Below are positions 32,743 through 42,284 of a stretch of 64,000 nucleotides of DNA, piece by piece (position 1 is the stretch's first letter; each line of letters starts with the position of its first letter). This DNA comes from Planctomycetota bacterium. Lineage in GTDB: Bacteria; Planctomycetota; B15-G4; JADJEK01. A model generated the notes under the pieces. The model had not been told where the DNA came from, made no database searches, and saw only the letters and a program-made list of their open reading frames with translations. The DNA is taken from assembly GCA_044225365.1 (NCBI GenBank), contig JBGAIQ010000018.1, forward strand, positions 48,119-112,118, in the 5' to 3' direction. The position numbers and the translations under genes were made by a program.

Positions 32743-33618
32743 TCAGATCGCGCGCATGGTCTTCAGGTTCTCGAAGATCGTGCGGGTCGCCGGGGACTTG
32801 TTGAGCGTGTAGAAGTGGATTCCGGGCGCGCCGCCGGCGAGCAGGCCGCGGCACTGCATCGTCGCGTGTTCGAGGCCGATGCGCACGACGGACTCGGGAT
32901 CGTGCGACAGACCCTCGAGCCGCTTCAGGAGGGGCGTCGGGATGCGCGCGCCGCAGAGCTGCGTGAAGCGCTTCACCTGCGTGAGATTCGTGATCGGCAT
33001 GATGCCGGGAACGATGGGAAGCGTGATCCCTGCTTCGCGCGCGCGACGGACGAACTCGAAGTAGTCGATGTTGTCGAAGAAGAGCTGCGTCACCAGGAAG
33101 TCGACGCCGGCCGCGACCTTCTTCTGGAGGTTCAGCAGATCCTGATCACGGTCCTTCGTCTCGACGTGGCCTTCGGGGTAGCAAGCACCGCCGAGACAGA
33201 ACGCGTACTTCGAGCGAATGAACTCGGTGAGCTCGGAGGCGTAACCGAAACCGTTCGCCGTTCGCGTGAATGTCGTCTCGCCCTGGGGTGGATCGCCGCG
33301 CAGCGCGAGCACGTTCTCGATTCCGACGCCGTGGAGTCGATCGAGCACGCCCGCGATGTCGTTCTGAGTCGACTGCACGCACGTGAGGTGCGCCATCGCC
33401 TCGATCCCGATCTCGTTCTTGATGCGGCCGACGAGATCGACCGTGCGATCGCGGGTCGAGCCGCCGGCACCGTACGTCACGGACACGAACGACGGCGCGA
33501 GGGGCTTCAATTCTCCGATCGTGTCGTAGAGCTTGGCCACGCCCTCGTCGTTCTTCGGGGGGAAGAACTCGAAGGAGAACACCGGTTTCCCCCGGTGGAA
33601 CATGTCGCGAATCTTCAT
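32743..33618 (-). CDS. metF: 5,10-methylenetetrahydrofolate reductase
   Basis: SFEFFPPK, SVTYGAGG, AHLTC, ALRGD, YPEGH, TQLFFD, HFYTLN. Confidence 0.97.
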   Translation of the reverse strand: MKIRDMFHRGKPVFSFEFFPPKNDEGVAKLYDTIGELKPLAPSFVSVTYGAGGSTRDRTVDLVGRIKNEIGIEAMAHLTCVQSTQNDIAGVLDRLHGVGIENVLALRGDPPQGETTFTRTANGFGYASELTEFIRSKYAFCLGGACYPEGHVETKDRDQDLLNLQKKVAAGVDFLVTQLFFDNIDYFEFVRRAREAGITLPIVPGIMPITNLTQVKRFTQLCGARIPTPLLKRLEGLSHDPESVVRIGLEHATMQCRGLLAGGAPGIHFYTLNKSPATRTIFENLKTMRAI

Positions 33619-33653
33619 CGATGCATCCGTTGCGTGAATTCGAACGTGTGAAG

Positions 33654-35450
33654 CTAACGCTTCTTTCCGGCCCTGTCACTTCCACGACGCGGAGACGGGT
33701 CGGATCCGATGTCGGCGAAGATCGAGAAACCACCCGCCTCGACGACTCCCTTCGACGGATCGAGCGCGAGAACTTCATCGGCTCCCCGGTCGTCGATGAA
33801 GATGCCGAGTGCGGCCACCCCGCAGCCGAGCGAGTAAGCGCGCGCCAGGTAGTCGTCGTTGCCGGAGAAGTCGCGGAAGATCGCGCAACTCTCCTCCGTC
33901 GCGCTTCCGAAGCAATGATCGGCACCGCTGTAGAGGTCGTTGCCCCCCGCATCGACGAAGAGACCGAGTCCGCGGCTCCTGGAAGTCCCTCCGCTCGCGG
34001 CTCCGAGTCGGTAGTTATCGTCTCCTCCGCGCTCGACGAAGACCCCGAGCCCGCAACCGACTCCAGCCAATTCGCACGCGGTGCCGAGGGTACTCTCGCA
34101 TTGTCGTGACGACGCATTGAGATCGGTCACGTAGACGTCGGCGCCCGCGGCGTCGACGAGGCAGCCGATTCCCGCCGCCGCCCCCGCGCCGAGCGCATCT
34201 CGATCGGCGCGATAGAGATCATCCCCCGAGAGATCGACGAGCGCTCCGACCCCGAACGCGCCGAAGCCGAGGCCGTCGCCGGAGACGACGTAACGATCGT
34301 CACCTGAATCGTCGAGTAGGAGCGCGGCGCCGAGAACGGCAGCCCCGAATCCGAAGTTGCTCGACTCGTAACGATCGCTTCCCGAGTAGTCCTCGTCGAC
34401 GACGATTCCGCCCGCCGCGAATCCCGTCCCGTGCCGCTCCCCGCACCAGCGGTCGTCGCCGCGGATGTCGATCGCGATTCGGGCCGGCACGTCCGAGAGA
34501 TCGAGGCCGCCGATCGCGGCGTCGGCCTGCCAGCGATCCGAACCGGAGAGATCGATTGCGACGGCGACGCCCTCGAGCGGCATCACGGTATCGCCATCGC
34601 CACCGATCAGGACGAGGCCGGCGGCACATTCGCTCGCGAAGACGAGGTTCTTCGGAATTCCGCCGCCGTCCGGCACGGGCGTGAGGGGGCGTCCATCGCC
34701 GAAACGATCGTAGTCGAGGAGCACCTGTCGAACCGCATCGACCGAGTCGGCGAGGTCGATCAAGCCGTCGATCCAGGCGGAGAGATCGTTGCGAGCGGCG
34801 ACCTCCTGGAGAATGGACTCGACGGACGGCTCGAGGTGTTCGGTCCGTAGCGCGGCGAGCAACGCCGGGAGTTCGATCTGGGGCGCGGCGTTCCCGATGG
34901 CTCCGAGCGACTCGTCGCGCAGCGCGCGCGCGAGCGGTGCGACGCGCTCGACCGTCGCGATCAAGCGGCGAACGGCGCGACGTACGACACTCGGCATATG
35001 GCTGGAGTTCTCCGCCGAAACGCGTTGGATCGCCTCAGCGCGAGCTCCCAACGCGACGATGCGCTGAACGGGAAGTTCGTCGCTGCTTTCGACCGGACCC
35101 GTGGCGGGCGGCATCTCGCGATCGGATCGCTCGAGATTCGCGAGCGACCTCGCATACCAGCCCGCCGTCGCCCGACCCACTGCGAGACGTCGCAATGCGA
35201 CGTCGAGGTCATCGGCGGTCGCCTTGGGATCGCGAGCGAGATTCGCGAGGACTCGTGGGCCGGTCTCCGGGGGTTCGTACCGGCGGTCGACGCGAGCGAG
35301 ATACGCCCGCAGCGGGACGGCCCGCTCGAGCGCCTGCGGCAGACTGCTCGACTCGTCGACGCGCATCGGAAATGCAATGATCGTGACGAGCGCGCCTCCG
35401 AAGACGGCGAGCAGTGACAATCGGATTGCAGTTGCAGCTCGGCGGTGCAT
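33654..35450 (-). CDS. Membrane-anchored/exported protein with about 10 DxxGxDxY Gly-rich repeats
   Basis: N-terminal TM. Repeats DLSGSDRW, DIRGDDRW, DYSGSDRY, DDSGDDRY, DLSGDDLY, DAAGADVY, ERGGDDNY, DAGGNDLY, DFSGNDDY, DDRGADEV. Confidence 0.8.
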   Translation of the reverse strand: MHRRAATAIRLSLLAVFGGALVTIIAFPMRVDESSSLPQALERAVPLRAYLARVDRRYEPPETGPRVLANLARDPKATADDLDVALRRLAVGRATAGWYARSLANLERSDREMPPATGPVESSDELPVQRIVALGARAEAIQRVSAENSSHMPSVVRRAVRRLIATVERVAPLARALRDESLGAIGNAAPQIELPALLAALRTEHLEPSVESILQEVAARNDLSAWIDGLIDLADSVDAVRQVLLDYDRFGDGRPLTPVPDGGGIPKNLVFASECAAGLVLIGGDGDTVMPLEGVAVAIDLSGSDRWQADAAIGGLDLSDVPARIAIDIRGDDRWCGERHGTGFAAGGIVVDEDYSGSDRYESSNFGFGAAVLGAALLLDDSGDDRYVVSGDGLGFGAFGVGALVDLSGDDLYRADRDALGAGAAAGIGCLVDAAGADVYVTDLNASSRQCESTLGTACELAGVGCGLGVFVERGGDDNYRLGAASGGTSRSRGLGLFVDAGGNDLYSGADHCFGSATEESCAIFRDFSGNDDYLARAYSLGCGVAALGIFIDDRGADEVLALDPSKGVVEAGGFSIFADIGSDPSPRRGSDRAGKKR

Positions 35451-35577
35451 GACGAAGCGCCGGGAAGAGTTCGTATTCGAGGCAGACGCGGCGAGAACGA
35501 CCTCTTCTCTTTCGGAATCCACCGGGTTCGATCTGCATTGCAAAGGCATCGAGAATCGTGCCTTCGGTCGCGAACGA

Positions 35578-37521
35578 CTACTTGTCGTCGATCACGCCCG
35601 CGCCGCCGAGATTGCCGATGTACTCCTGGCCGCCGCCGAAGTTCTGGGTCCAGATGTTCCCGAGACTGCCCACGCCCATCTCGGTATGGCTCTCGAACAG
35701 GATGTTGCGATGGTGGCCGGAAGAGTGGATCCAGCCCTCGTGTGCACCCCGCGCCCCACCGCCCGTCATCGCGATGTTCTCGCCCGCGCCGCTCGAGTAC
35801 CCCTGCGCCCGCATGCGGTCCCCCGGCGTCCGCAGCTTCGGGTTCTCGTCGTTCGTATGGCTGAACTTCCCCGTGAGCGACATCCATTCCGAATGCCCGT
35901 GTGCGGAACGCATGAGCTTCTCGTGGATCGCGAGGGCGTGACGCCCCATCATCCGGCGGTACTCGTTCGTGATCCGCACCTGGAGGACGTCGTCCGGAGT
36001 GCCGGAGGTCTTCACTTGCTCGTTCATCGCGAGGACCTGCCGATCCTGATCGAGTCGCTGCCGCTCCGCATAGTCGACGGCGAAGTCGCGGATCGTGATC
36101 GTCGAGACGTCGACCGGCAGAAGATCGAGGCGCTCGGTTCCCGGCTCGTTCAGGTCGTACGACGGATCCGAAAGCGCGAGCAGGCCGCGCTCGCTCGCGA
36201 TCAACTTCGTCAACTTCCGGAAACCCGCAGAAACGGGCACGCCAGGGGGCGGCGCGCCGTGTTCATCTCCCCAGATCGCGCGCACCTTGGCGACGCGTTC
36301 GTCGACCTCCTTCTGCACCACCGCGTACTCGGCTTGCCGACTCGCATACGGGTAGAAGTACTTCACCTCGTCGAAGATCAGCTCGAGCGCGTGCTTCCGC
36401 GCTTCCTCGAGTTTCTGCCGCTCGGCGGAGAGCCGATCGAACGACTTCCATTCGGGCTGTGCGAGCAATTGCGCGATCATGCGGCTTCGACGCGGCGCGA
36501 GTTCCTTCGCGATCTGGTGCGGCGCGACGGCGAGCAGGTCGTTGAGCTCGGTGATTCCCTTCTCGTAGCTCTTGTCGCCCTGCTCGAGCTTGGCCACCGC
36601 GGCCTTCACCTGCTTGTCGTAGATTCGCTCTTCGCGTTCACGAAACGTGATCCACTCGTTCTCGACCCGGAAGAACCCCCACTCGGGGACGACGTCGAGT
36701 CGCCGCCAGATCGCGATGAGACCGTCGATCTGCGGGCGCAGGTTGCCGTTCTCGGAGGCCTTCACGAGCGCGGCGTCGATCTCCTTCGCGTCGCCGATCG
36801 TGAGCAGGAACGCGGCGCGAGGAACGCTCTCCTCGGCCGTGAACGTGTACTTCTTCGCGAGCGCAGCGAGCGAGGCCGGAGCGAGATCCTGCGGCACGAT
36901 CTCCTGCGAAGCACCGTCCATCTCGACGAGGAGGACCGCGTCGCGGGCGCCGGTGACGCGCGTGACGGCCATGTCCTTCGTCCGCAGCATGACGTCGACC
37001 GCGGCGACCGCCTTCGGCGCGTCGGCGATCTTGCGGCACAGGAGATTCAAGAACTCCGCAGCCTGCTGATTCAGCGCGATCCAGCGCTCGAGGATCGGTC
37101 GACCCTCTTTCGTCGCGGCGGCGTGGCGCTCGTCGAGCATCGACTTGGACGCCTTGAAGTCGAGTTGCTTGAACGCCGCTTCCGCCTTCGTGAGCACCTC
37201 CCGCTCCATCACGGAGGGTCCCTTTGGCGCTTCGATCGTGGGCCGCGAGAGGCTGTCCGGGCTCATCGACGGGGGCAGCGCCGGACTCGAGGGTCCGAAA
37301 GGAGAACCAACGCCAGGGCCAGGACCGGGCTCGATCGACGGAGGCAGGCCCGACGGCGGCTTCTTCGGCTGCGGCATGTTGGGCGGCAGGCCCTGCCCTC
37401 GCGCCGCGCCAGGCGTCAGGGCGACGAGGGACAAGAAGAGCATCGCCCACCACGAGCGGCCGCGGAGGTTGCGCCAGGGAGACGGGAATTCGCTGCGGGA
37501 TTCGAACTTCGGCTTCGTCAT
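35578..37521 (-). CDS. Secreted protein with C-terminal CAP (SCP) domain
   Basis: Signal-like segment, Pro-rich linker, helical middle. NEYRR...AHGHSEWM...FSH...GENIA...WIHSSGHHRNIL...WTQNFG. Confidence 0.9.
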   Translation of the reverse strand: MTKPKFESRSEFPSPWRNLRGRSWWAMLFLSLVALTPGAARGQGLPPNMPQPKKPPSGLPPSIEPGPGPGVGSPFGPSSPALPPSMSPDSLSRPTIEAPKGPSVMEREVLTKAEAAFKQLDFKASKSMLDERHAAATKEGRPILERWIALNQQAAEFLNLLCRKIADAPKAVAAVDVMLRTKDMAVTRVTGARDAVLLVEMDGASQEIVPQDLAPASLAALAKKYTFTAEESVPRAAFLLTIGDAKEIDAALVKASENGNLRPQIDGLIAIWRRLDVVPEWGFFRVENEWITFREREERIYDKQVKAAVAKLEQGDKSYEKGITELNDLLAVAPHQIAKELAPRRSRMIAQLLAQPEWKSFDRLSAERQKLEEARKHALELIFDEVKYFYPYASRQAEYAVVQKEVDERVAKVRAIWGDEHGAPPPGVPVSAGFRKLTKLIASERGLLALSDPSYDLNEPGTERLDLLPVDVSTITIRDFAVDYAERQRLDQDRQVLAMNEQVKTSGTPDDVLQVRITNEYRRMMGRHALAIHEKLMRSAHGHSEWMSLTGKFSHTNDENPKLRTPGDRMRAQGYSSGAGENIAMTGGGARGAHEGWIHSSGHHRNILFESHTEMGVGSLGNIWTQNFGGGQEYIGNLGGAGVIDDK

Positions 37522-37538
37522 CGGGTGCGGGGTGGGTA

Positions 37539-38516
37539 TCAGGGATTCGAACCGCGGACGTCGTCGCTCAGGTGCTGTGCCTCGATCACGGTTTCGTTTC
37601 GCAACATCGCGAGACAGCGTCGCATCTCGTTCTCGAGCTCACGGATGTTCCCTGGCCAACGATGGCGCAGGAGGGCATCTCGCGCGGAGTCACCGAGTTC
37701 GGGCGGATTCCGCTTCATCTCGGAACCGATCCGAGTGATGAAGTGGCGCGCCAACGCCGGAATGTCCTCGGGCCGATCGCGGAGCGGAGGCAGCTCGATC
37801 GTCACGCCGCTCAGGCGGTAGTACAAGTCTTCGCGGAAGAGGTGACGCTGGACGAGGTCACGAAGCAGACGATTCGATGCCGACACGACTCGGACATCGA
37901 CGCGAATGCTCGCGGTGCCTCCCACCGGGCGGATCTCGCCGTCCTGGAGTGCACGCAGCAGCTTGCTCTGCATCGCGAGGCTCATGTCCCCGATCTCGTC
38001 GAGGAAGAGCGTGCCCTTGTCCGCGACCTGGAACAGACCCTTGCGCTCGCGATCCGCGCCGGTGAACGCCCCGCGCTTGTATCCGAACAACTCACTCTCG
38101 AGGAGCGTCTCCGGGATCGCCGCGCAATTCTCGGTGACGAAAGGTTTGTCCGCGCGGTTCGACGCGCGGTGGATCGCCTTCGCGATCAACTCCTTGCCGG
38201 TGCCCGACTCGCCCTGGATCAGCACTGGAATGTTCGACGGCGCGATCTTGTCGATCAGCGCGAAGACCTCGAGCATGGCCGGGCTCTCAGCGATCATATC
38301 GGCGTACTTCGCGCGATCGAACGACGGATAGATCGTGGCTGGGAGTTTCTCGGCGCGAGCAGACCGCTTCGGCGGAGCGAGTGCCTGTTCCACGATCGCC
38401 CGCACCTGCTCGGGTGCCATTCCGCCTGCCACGAGCGTGTGAACGAGCTTCACGAGCTCGGTGGCGCGAGCATCGCCCTTCTCATGCGGCTTCGATTCGG
38501 GCGCGTTCGTCATCAT
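37539..38516 (-). CDS. Sigma54-dependent activator, AAA+ domain only (no HTH, no recognisable sensor)
   Basis: GESGTGKE, GAFTGA, FLDEIG, FREDLYYRL, WPGNIREL. The protein ends about 30 aa later. Confidence 0.9.
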   Translation of the reverse strand: MMTNAPESKPHEKGDARATELVKLVHTLVAGGMAPEQVRAIVEQALAPPKRSARAEKLPATIYPSFDRAKYADMIAESPAMLEVFALIDKIAPSNIPVLIQGESGTGKELIAKAIHRASNRADKPFVTENCAAIPETLLESELFGYKRGAFTGADRERKGLFQVADKGTLFLDEIGDMSLAMQSKLLRALQDGEIRPVGGTASIRVDVRVVSASNRLLRDLVQRHLFREDLYYRLSGVTIELPPLRDRPEDIPALARHFITRIGSEMKRNPPELGDSARDALLRHRWPGNIRELENEMRRCLAMLRNETVIEAQHLSDDVRGSNP

Positions 38517-40660
38517 CCGCCTTGCAGGCTCGACTTCTTCAGGTTCGCGAATTCGAGGATCAGTTTCCTCGGGCCGTGCTGTTCGAAATCGACGGTGACG
38601 CGGGCACTTGGCCCGAATCCGGAGATTTCGATCACGTTCCCGAGGCCGAAGCGTTGGTGGACCACGCGATCGCCGGGAGAGAACGGAGGCTCGTTCGAAT
38701 CGTACTCGGGAACGTACGAGGCCGTGTCCTCGAAGAACGACAAGTCGCTGCGAGTGCGCAGGGATCCGTCGAGCAACTCCGACGGGATCTCGGAGAGGAA
38801 TCGCGACGGTGCGGTGTAGCCGGCGCCCGGACCCTGCATGCGCGTCTTCGCGTACGAGAGCGTGAGTCGCTTCTGCGCTCGCGTGATCCCGACGTAGAAC
38901 AGGCGCCGCTCTTCTTCGATCCCCGTTTCGGTGTCGAGGGATCGACTGTGCGGCAGGAGCCCTTCTTCGAGCGCGGCGAGGAACACGTAGCGGAACTCGA
39001 GTCCCTTCGCGGCGTGCAGCGTCATCAACGTCACGCGGGGCTCATCGGGCGCTTCGTCGCTCCGCGAACGAACGAGCGCCGTTTCGTTCAGGAACTCCTC
39101 GAGCGATCCGCGTGGGTGTTCGGAGTCGTACTCGCGCACAGCCCGCCGCAACTCCTCGACGTTCTCCAGCCGTTCGTCGCTGAGCGGGTCCGGCGTCTCG
39201 ACGAGGTAACCGCGGTAATCGGTTGCGTCGAGGATTCGATCGAGCAGTGCCGAAACCGGCCAGCGCGGCATCGCGCGAAGCTCGACGAGGAGTGCTCCGA
39301 ACTTCTCGATCGCCGCGCGCGACGCCTTGGTGCGAACCGAATCGATGAACTGGCGATCGATCAGCACCTCCGAGATCGGCATCCCGTTGTCGCGTGCCAT
39401 ATGGCGCATCGCTTCGATCGTCTTCGCGCCGATCCCGCGCGCCGGAACGTTCACGATCCGGACGAGGTCGATCTCGCTCGCCGGGTTCACGATCGCGCGG
39501 AGGTACGCGACGAGGTCCTTGACCTCGCGCCGCGCATAGAACTCCACCGCCCCGATGATGACGTAGGGCAGGTTCGCGTCCCGCATCGCCTGCTCCAGGA
39601 TGCGCGAACACGCGTTGGTGCGGTAGAGCACCGCGCAATGGTCGAGCTTCTCATCCTCGCGCGCGAGCTTCTGGATGTCTTCCGCGATCCTTCTCGCTTC
39701 GTAGCGCTCGGTCTCGGCCGCGCGCAGCCGAATCCTCTCGCCGTCGCCGAGGCTGGACCAGAGTTCGCGCTCGATGCGCGACTTGTTGTTGCGGATCACC
39801 GCGCTCGCGGCCTTCAGGATGTTGTTCGTGGAGCGGTAATTCTCCTCGAGCTTGATGACCCGCGTGCCCGGGAAGTCCTCGTCGAACTCGAGGATGTTCC
39901 GCACGTCGGCGCCACGCCACGAGTAGATCGATTGATCGGGATCGCCGGTCGCGCACAACTCGCGGCTCGACGGAGCGAGCAACTGCGCGATCTTGTACTG
40001 CAAACGGTTCGTGTCCTGGTACTCGTCGATGAGGAGCGCGGCAAAACGCCCGGCGATGCGTTCTCGCACCAAGGGCTTCTCCTCGAGGAGGCGAGCGGTG
40101 CGAAGCAGCAGGTCGTCGAAATCGACGGCCTGATTCGCGATCAACGACTGCTCGTAGCGTTCGAACACCTTCGCGTGCTCGCGAACCAAAGGATCGTCAC
40201 TGCGATCGGGCGTGTAGCCGTTGTTCTTGCACAACGACACGATCGAGAGGTAGTCGCGCGCCGAGTTGTCGCGACCCGAGTAGTTCAGTTCCTTCAGGAC
40301 CTCACGCATCAAGGCGAGCTGGTCGGACTCGTCGAAGATCGTGAAATTCGGATCGAGTCCGGCCTCCGCGGCTTCCATCCGCAGGATGCGGGCGCCGAGG
40401 GAGTGAAACGTGGAGATCCACGACCGACTGTCGCCGATCAGGCGCTGGACGCGCTCCCTCATCTCTGCCGCGGCCTTGTTCGTAAAGGTGATCGCGAGGA
40501 TCTCCGAGGAACGGAATCCGCCTCGAATGAGGTGCGCGATGCGGCGCGTGATGACGCGCGTCTTGCCGGAGCCTGCACCTGCGACGACGAGCAGCGGCCC
40601 ACCGCGGTGCGTGACCGCCTCGCGCTGCGCCTCGTTCAGGTCTTCGAGCAGGTCGTGCAC
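38513..40660 (-). CDS. pcrA: UvrD/PcrA superfamily 1 DNA helicase
   Basis: LNEAQREAV, AGAGSGKT, TFTNKAA, DEYQD, GDPDQSIYSWRGA, NYRS, HAAKGLEF, EERRLFYVGITRA, and a C-terminal Tudor-like domain. Confidence 0.95.
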   Translation of the reverse strand: MHDLLEDLNEAQREAVTHRGGPLLVVAGAGSGKTRVITRRIAHLIRGGFRSSEILAITFTNKAAAEMRERVQRLIGDSRSWISTFHSLGARILRMEAAEAGLDPNFTIFDESDQLALMREVLKELNYSGRDNSARDYLSIVSLCKNNGYTPDRSDDPLVREHAKVFERYEQSLIANQAVDFDDLLLRTARLLEEKPLVRERIAGRFAALLIDEYQDTNRLQYKIAQLLAPSSRELCATGDPDQSIYSWRGADVRNILEFDEDFPGTRVIKLEENYRSTNNILKAASAVIRNNKSRIERELWSSLGDGERIRLRAAETERYEARRIAEDIQKLAREDEKLDHCAVLYRTNACSRILEQAMRDANLPYVIIGAVEFYARREVKDLVAYLRAIVNPASEIDLVRIVNVPARGIGAKTIEAMRHMARDNGMPISEVLIDRQFIDSVRTKASRAAIEKFGALLVELRAMPRWPVSALLDRILDATDYRGYLVETPDPLSDERLENVEELRRAVREYDSEHPRGSLEEFLNETALVRSRSDEAPDEPRVTLMTLHAAKGLEFRYVFLAALEEGLLPHSRSLDTETGIEEERRLFYVGITRAQKRLTLSYAKTRMQGPGAGYTAPSRFLSEIPSELLDGSLRTRSDLSFFEDTASYVPEYDSNEPPFSPGDRVVHQRFGLGNVIEISGFGPSARVTVDFEQHGPRKLILEFANLKKSSLQGG

Positions 40661-40745
40661 GGCGGAAACACTCCGAAGTTCGGATACGATGAAAGCCCGG
40701 TGATGATATCGCGACGGCGGATGGCCGTCGACCTCTGGAGTCCTC

Positions 40746-41132
40746 GTGATCCTCGGAATCGGCCTCGATCTCGTCGAGATCTCGCGCGTGCACGACACGC
40801 TCACGCGCCACGACGATCAGTTCCTCGAACGCATCCTCACGTCGAACGAGCGCGAGTTCGCCGCGACCCGTCGGGGACGCGGACTCGCCGCGCACGTCGC
40901 CGGACGATTCGCCGCGAAGGAAGCCGCCTTGAAAGCACTCGGGACGGGTCTCGCAGACGGGCTGCGATGGCACGACGTCGAAGTCGTCTCGGATGGCCTG
41001 CACCAGCCACCCCGCCTTTCTCTCCACGGCAAGGCCGAGTCGATCGCCGCATCGCTCGGGGTGACGCGCATCCACCTCTCGATCACGCACTGCGACGCGA
41101 CGGCCGCAGCCGTGGTCGTGCTGGAGCACTAG
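40746..41132 (+). CDS. acpS: Holo-ACP synthase
   Basis: ILGIGLDLVE, AGRFAAKEAALKALGTG, HLSITH. Confidence 0.96.
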   Translation: MILGIGLDLVEISRVHDTLTRHDDQFLERILTSNEREFAATRRGRGLAAHVAGRFAAKEAALKALGTGLADGLRWHDVEVVSDGLHQPPRLSLHGKAESIAASLGVTRIHLSITHCDATAAAVVVLEH

Positions 41133-41217
41133 TTCGTGAGTCGCCGGTAGAACGCACACGGGGCGCCGCGTCAGTCGACGGGCACCCCGCGCGAGTTCAT
41201 TCGAACGGTCGTCGCGA

Positions 41218-42171
41218 TCAGGGGAGATGCGGCGAGGTATCGATTCGATAGTTCGTTTGCGCGGCGATCTTGAACTGGACGAGCGCGGCGAACTTGAAGT
41301 GCGTGTCGCCACCGATCGCAGACTCGGTCTGCCCGAGAGCGAGGACGGCGGTCTTGCCGACCATTGCGGGCTGGCTTGCGAGCGCCGCGTCGAGGGCTGC
41401 GACGTTGAGCGACGGCCCGACCCCCGTCATCGGAATGACCGCTTCGACGTTCGCAAGGCCGCCCGTCTTCGGATCGGTCGGTCCGATCATCAGCAGGTCG
41501 GTCGACTGATCGTACGGCGCGCCCGTCACCATCGTCAGGTGGGTCGCCCCGCGCACTTCGAAGGCGCCACTGGCTTCCGCGCTGGTGTCGCCGTGGAGCG
41601 GATCGGAGTCCACCACCACGACTTCGGAGCCTGCGAGCGCACGGATCTCGACGGATGCCGTGGCGCGCGGACCGACATTGGCGGCCACGGTTGCGAGTTT
41701 CACGCCATCGATGACGGCATAGGCTCCCGAATGGAGATTCGACGTGACTTCGATCGTCGCCGTCGGATCCGCCGCAAGAACGAGGGGCGACAGGGAACCC
41801 GAGCTGTGGCCGTTGGATTCACCGCCGGCCGACTTCGCACTTCCACCGCCGCTCGCTCCGCCCGAACCGCTGCCCGAACCGCTGCCCGAACCACTACCCG
41901 CACCGTTCGAACCACCGTCGTTCAACGACGGCATGTTGTAGGGACTGTCTGCGTCTCCAGTACCATTGCCGGCGCCGACGTAGGGCGCAGCGACGATCAC
42001 CGCCAACGCTACGACCGAGAGAGATTGCAGCCACGAACCATGCGACGCTGCTTTCGACCCACCCGCCAACGCGAGTTGGGGGCCGAATCGACGGCCTGAC
42101 TGCGTCAGCGATCCGCGCGACGTGAGTCGCGAGCGAATCCACTCAACGCTGGATTTCATGGGCTTCATCAT
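41218..42171 (-). CDS. Hypothetical exported protein with Gly/Ser linker (start uncertain)
   Basis: Hydrophobic LSVVALAVIVAAP, then a GSGSGSGSGSGSGG linker encoded by 12-nt tandem repeats at about 41860-41900, then a beta-rich body. Confidence 0.7.
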   Translation of the reverse strand: MMKPMKSSVEWIRSRLTSRGSLTQSGRRFGPQLALAGGSKAASHGSWLQSLSVVALAVIVAAPYVGAGNGTGDADSPYNMPSLNDGGSNGAGSGSGSGSGSGSGGASGGGSAKSAGGESNGHSSGSLSPLVLAADPTATIEVTSNLHSGAYAVIDGVKLATVAANVGPRATASVEIRALAGSEVVVVDSDPLHGDTSAEASGAFEVRGATHLTMVTGAPYDQSTDLLMIGPTDPKTGGLANVEAVIPMTGVGPSLNVAALDAALASQPAMVGKTAVLALGQTESAIGGDTHFKFAALVQFKIAAQTNYRIDTSPHLP

Positions 42172-42284
42172 GGCTCACTTCTGCCATTTCGGTCAGTTCG
42201 CACCCAACTTGAATCCGAGGTGGATCCCGGTCGGATCCGTCGAATACAACCCGGGCTTGCTTCACGCGGGCGGCGCAGCGCATG

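Noticed and set aside
33619-33653. SAM riboswitch upstream of metF
   Set aside because: The gap is only 35 nt and shows no motif.
35543-35564. Sigma54-like AGGCACG-ATTC-TCGA on the minus strand
   Set aside because: The -12 reads GA, not GC. The sequence is better explained as a hairpin after the CAP gene stop.
37525-37560. tRNA T-arm-like GGTTCGAATCCC at the end of the truncated activator (possible att site)
   Set aside because: The T-stem pairs poorly, there is no cloverleaf and no integrase. It simply encodes GSNP-stop.
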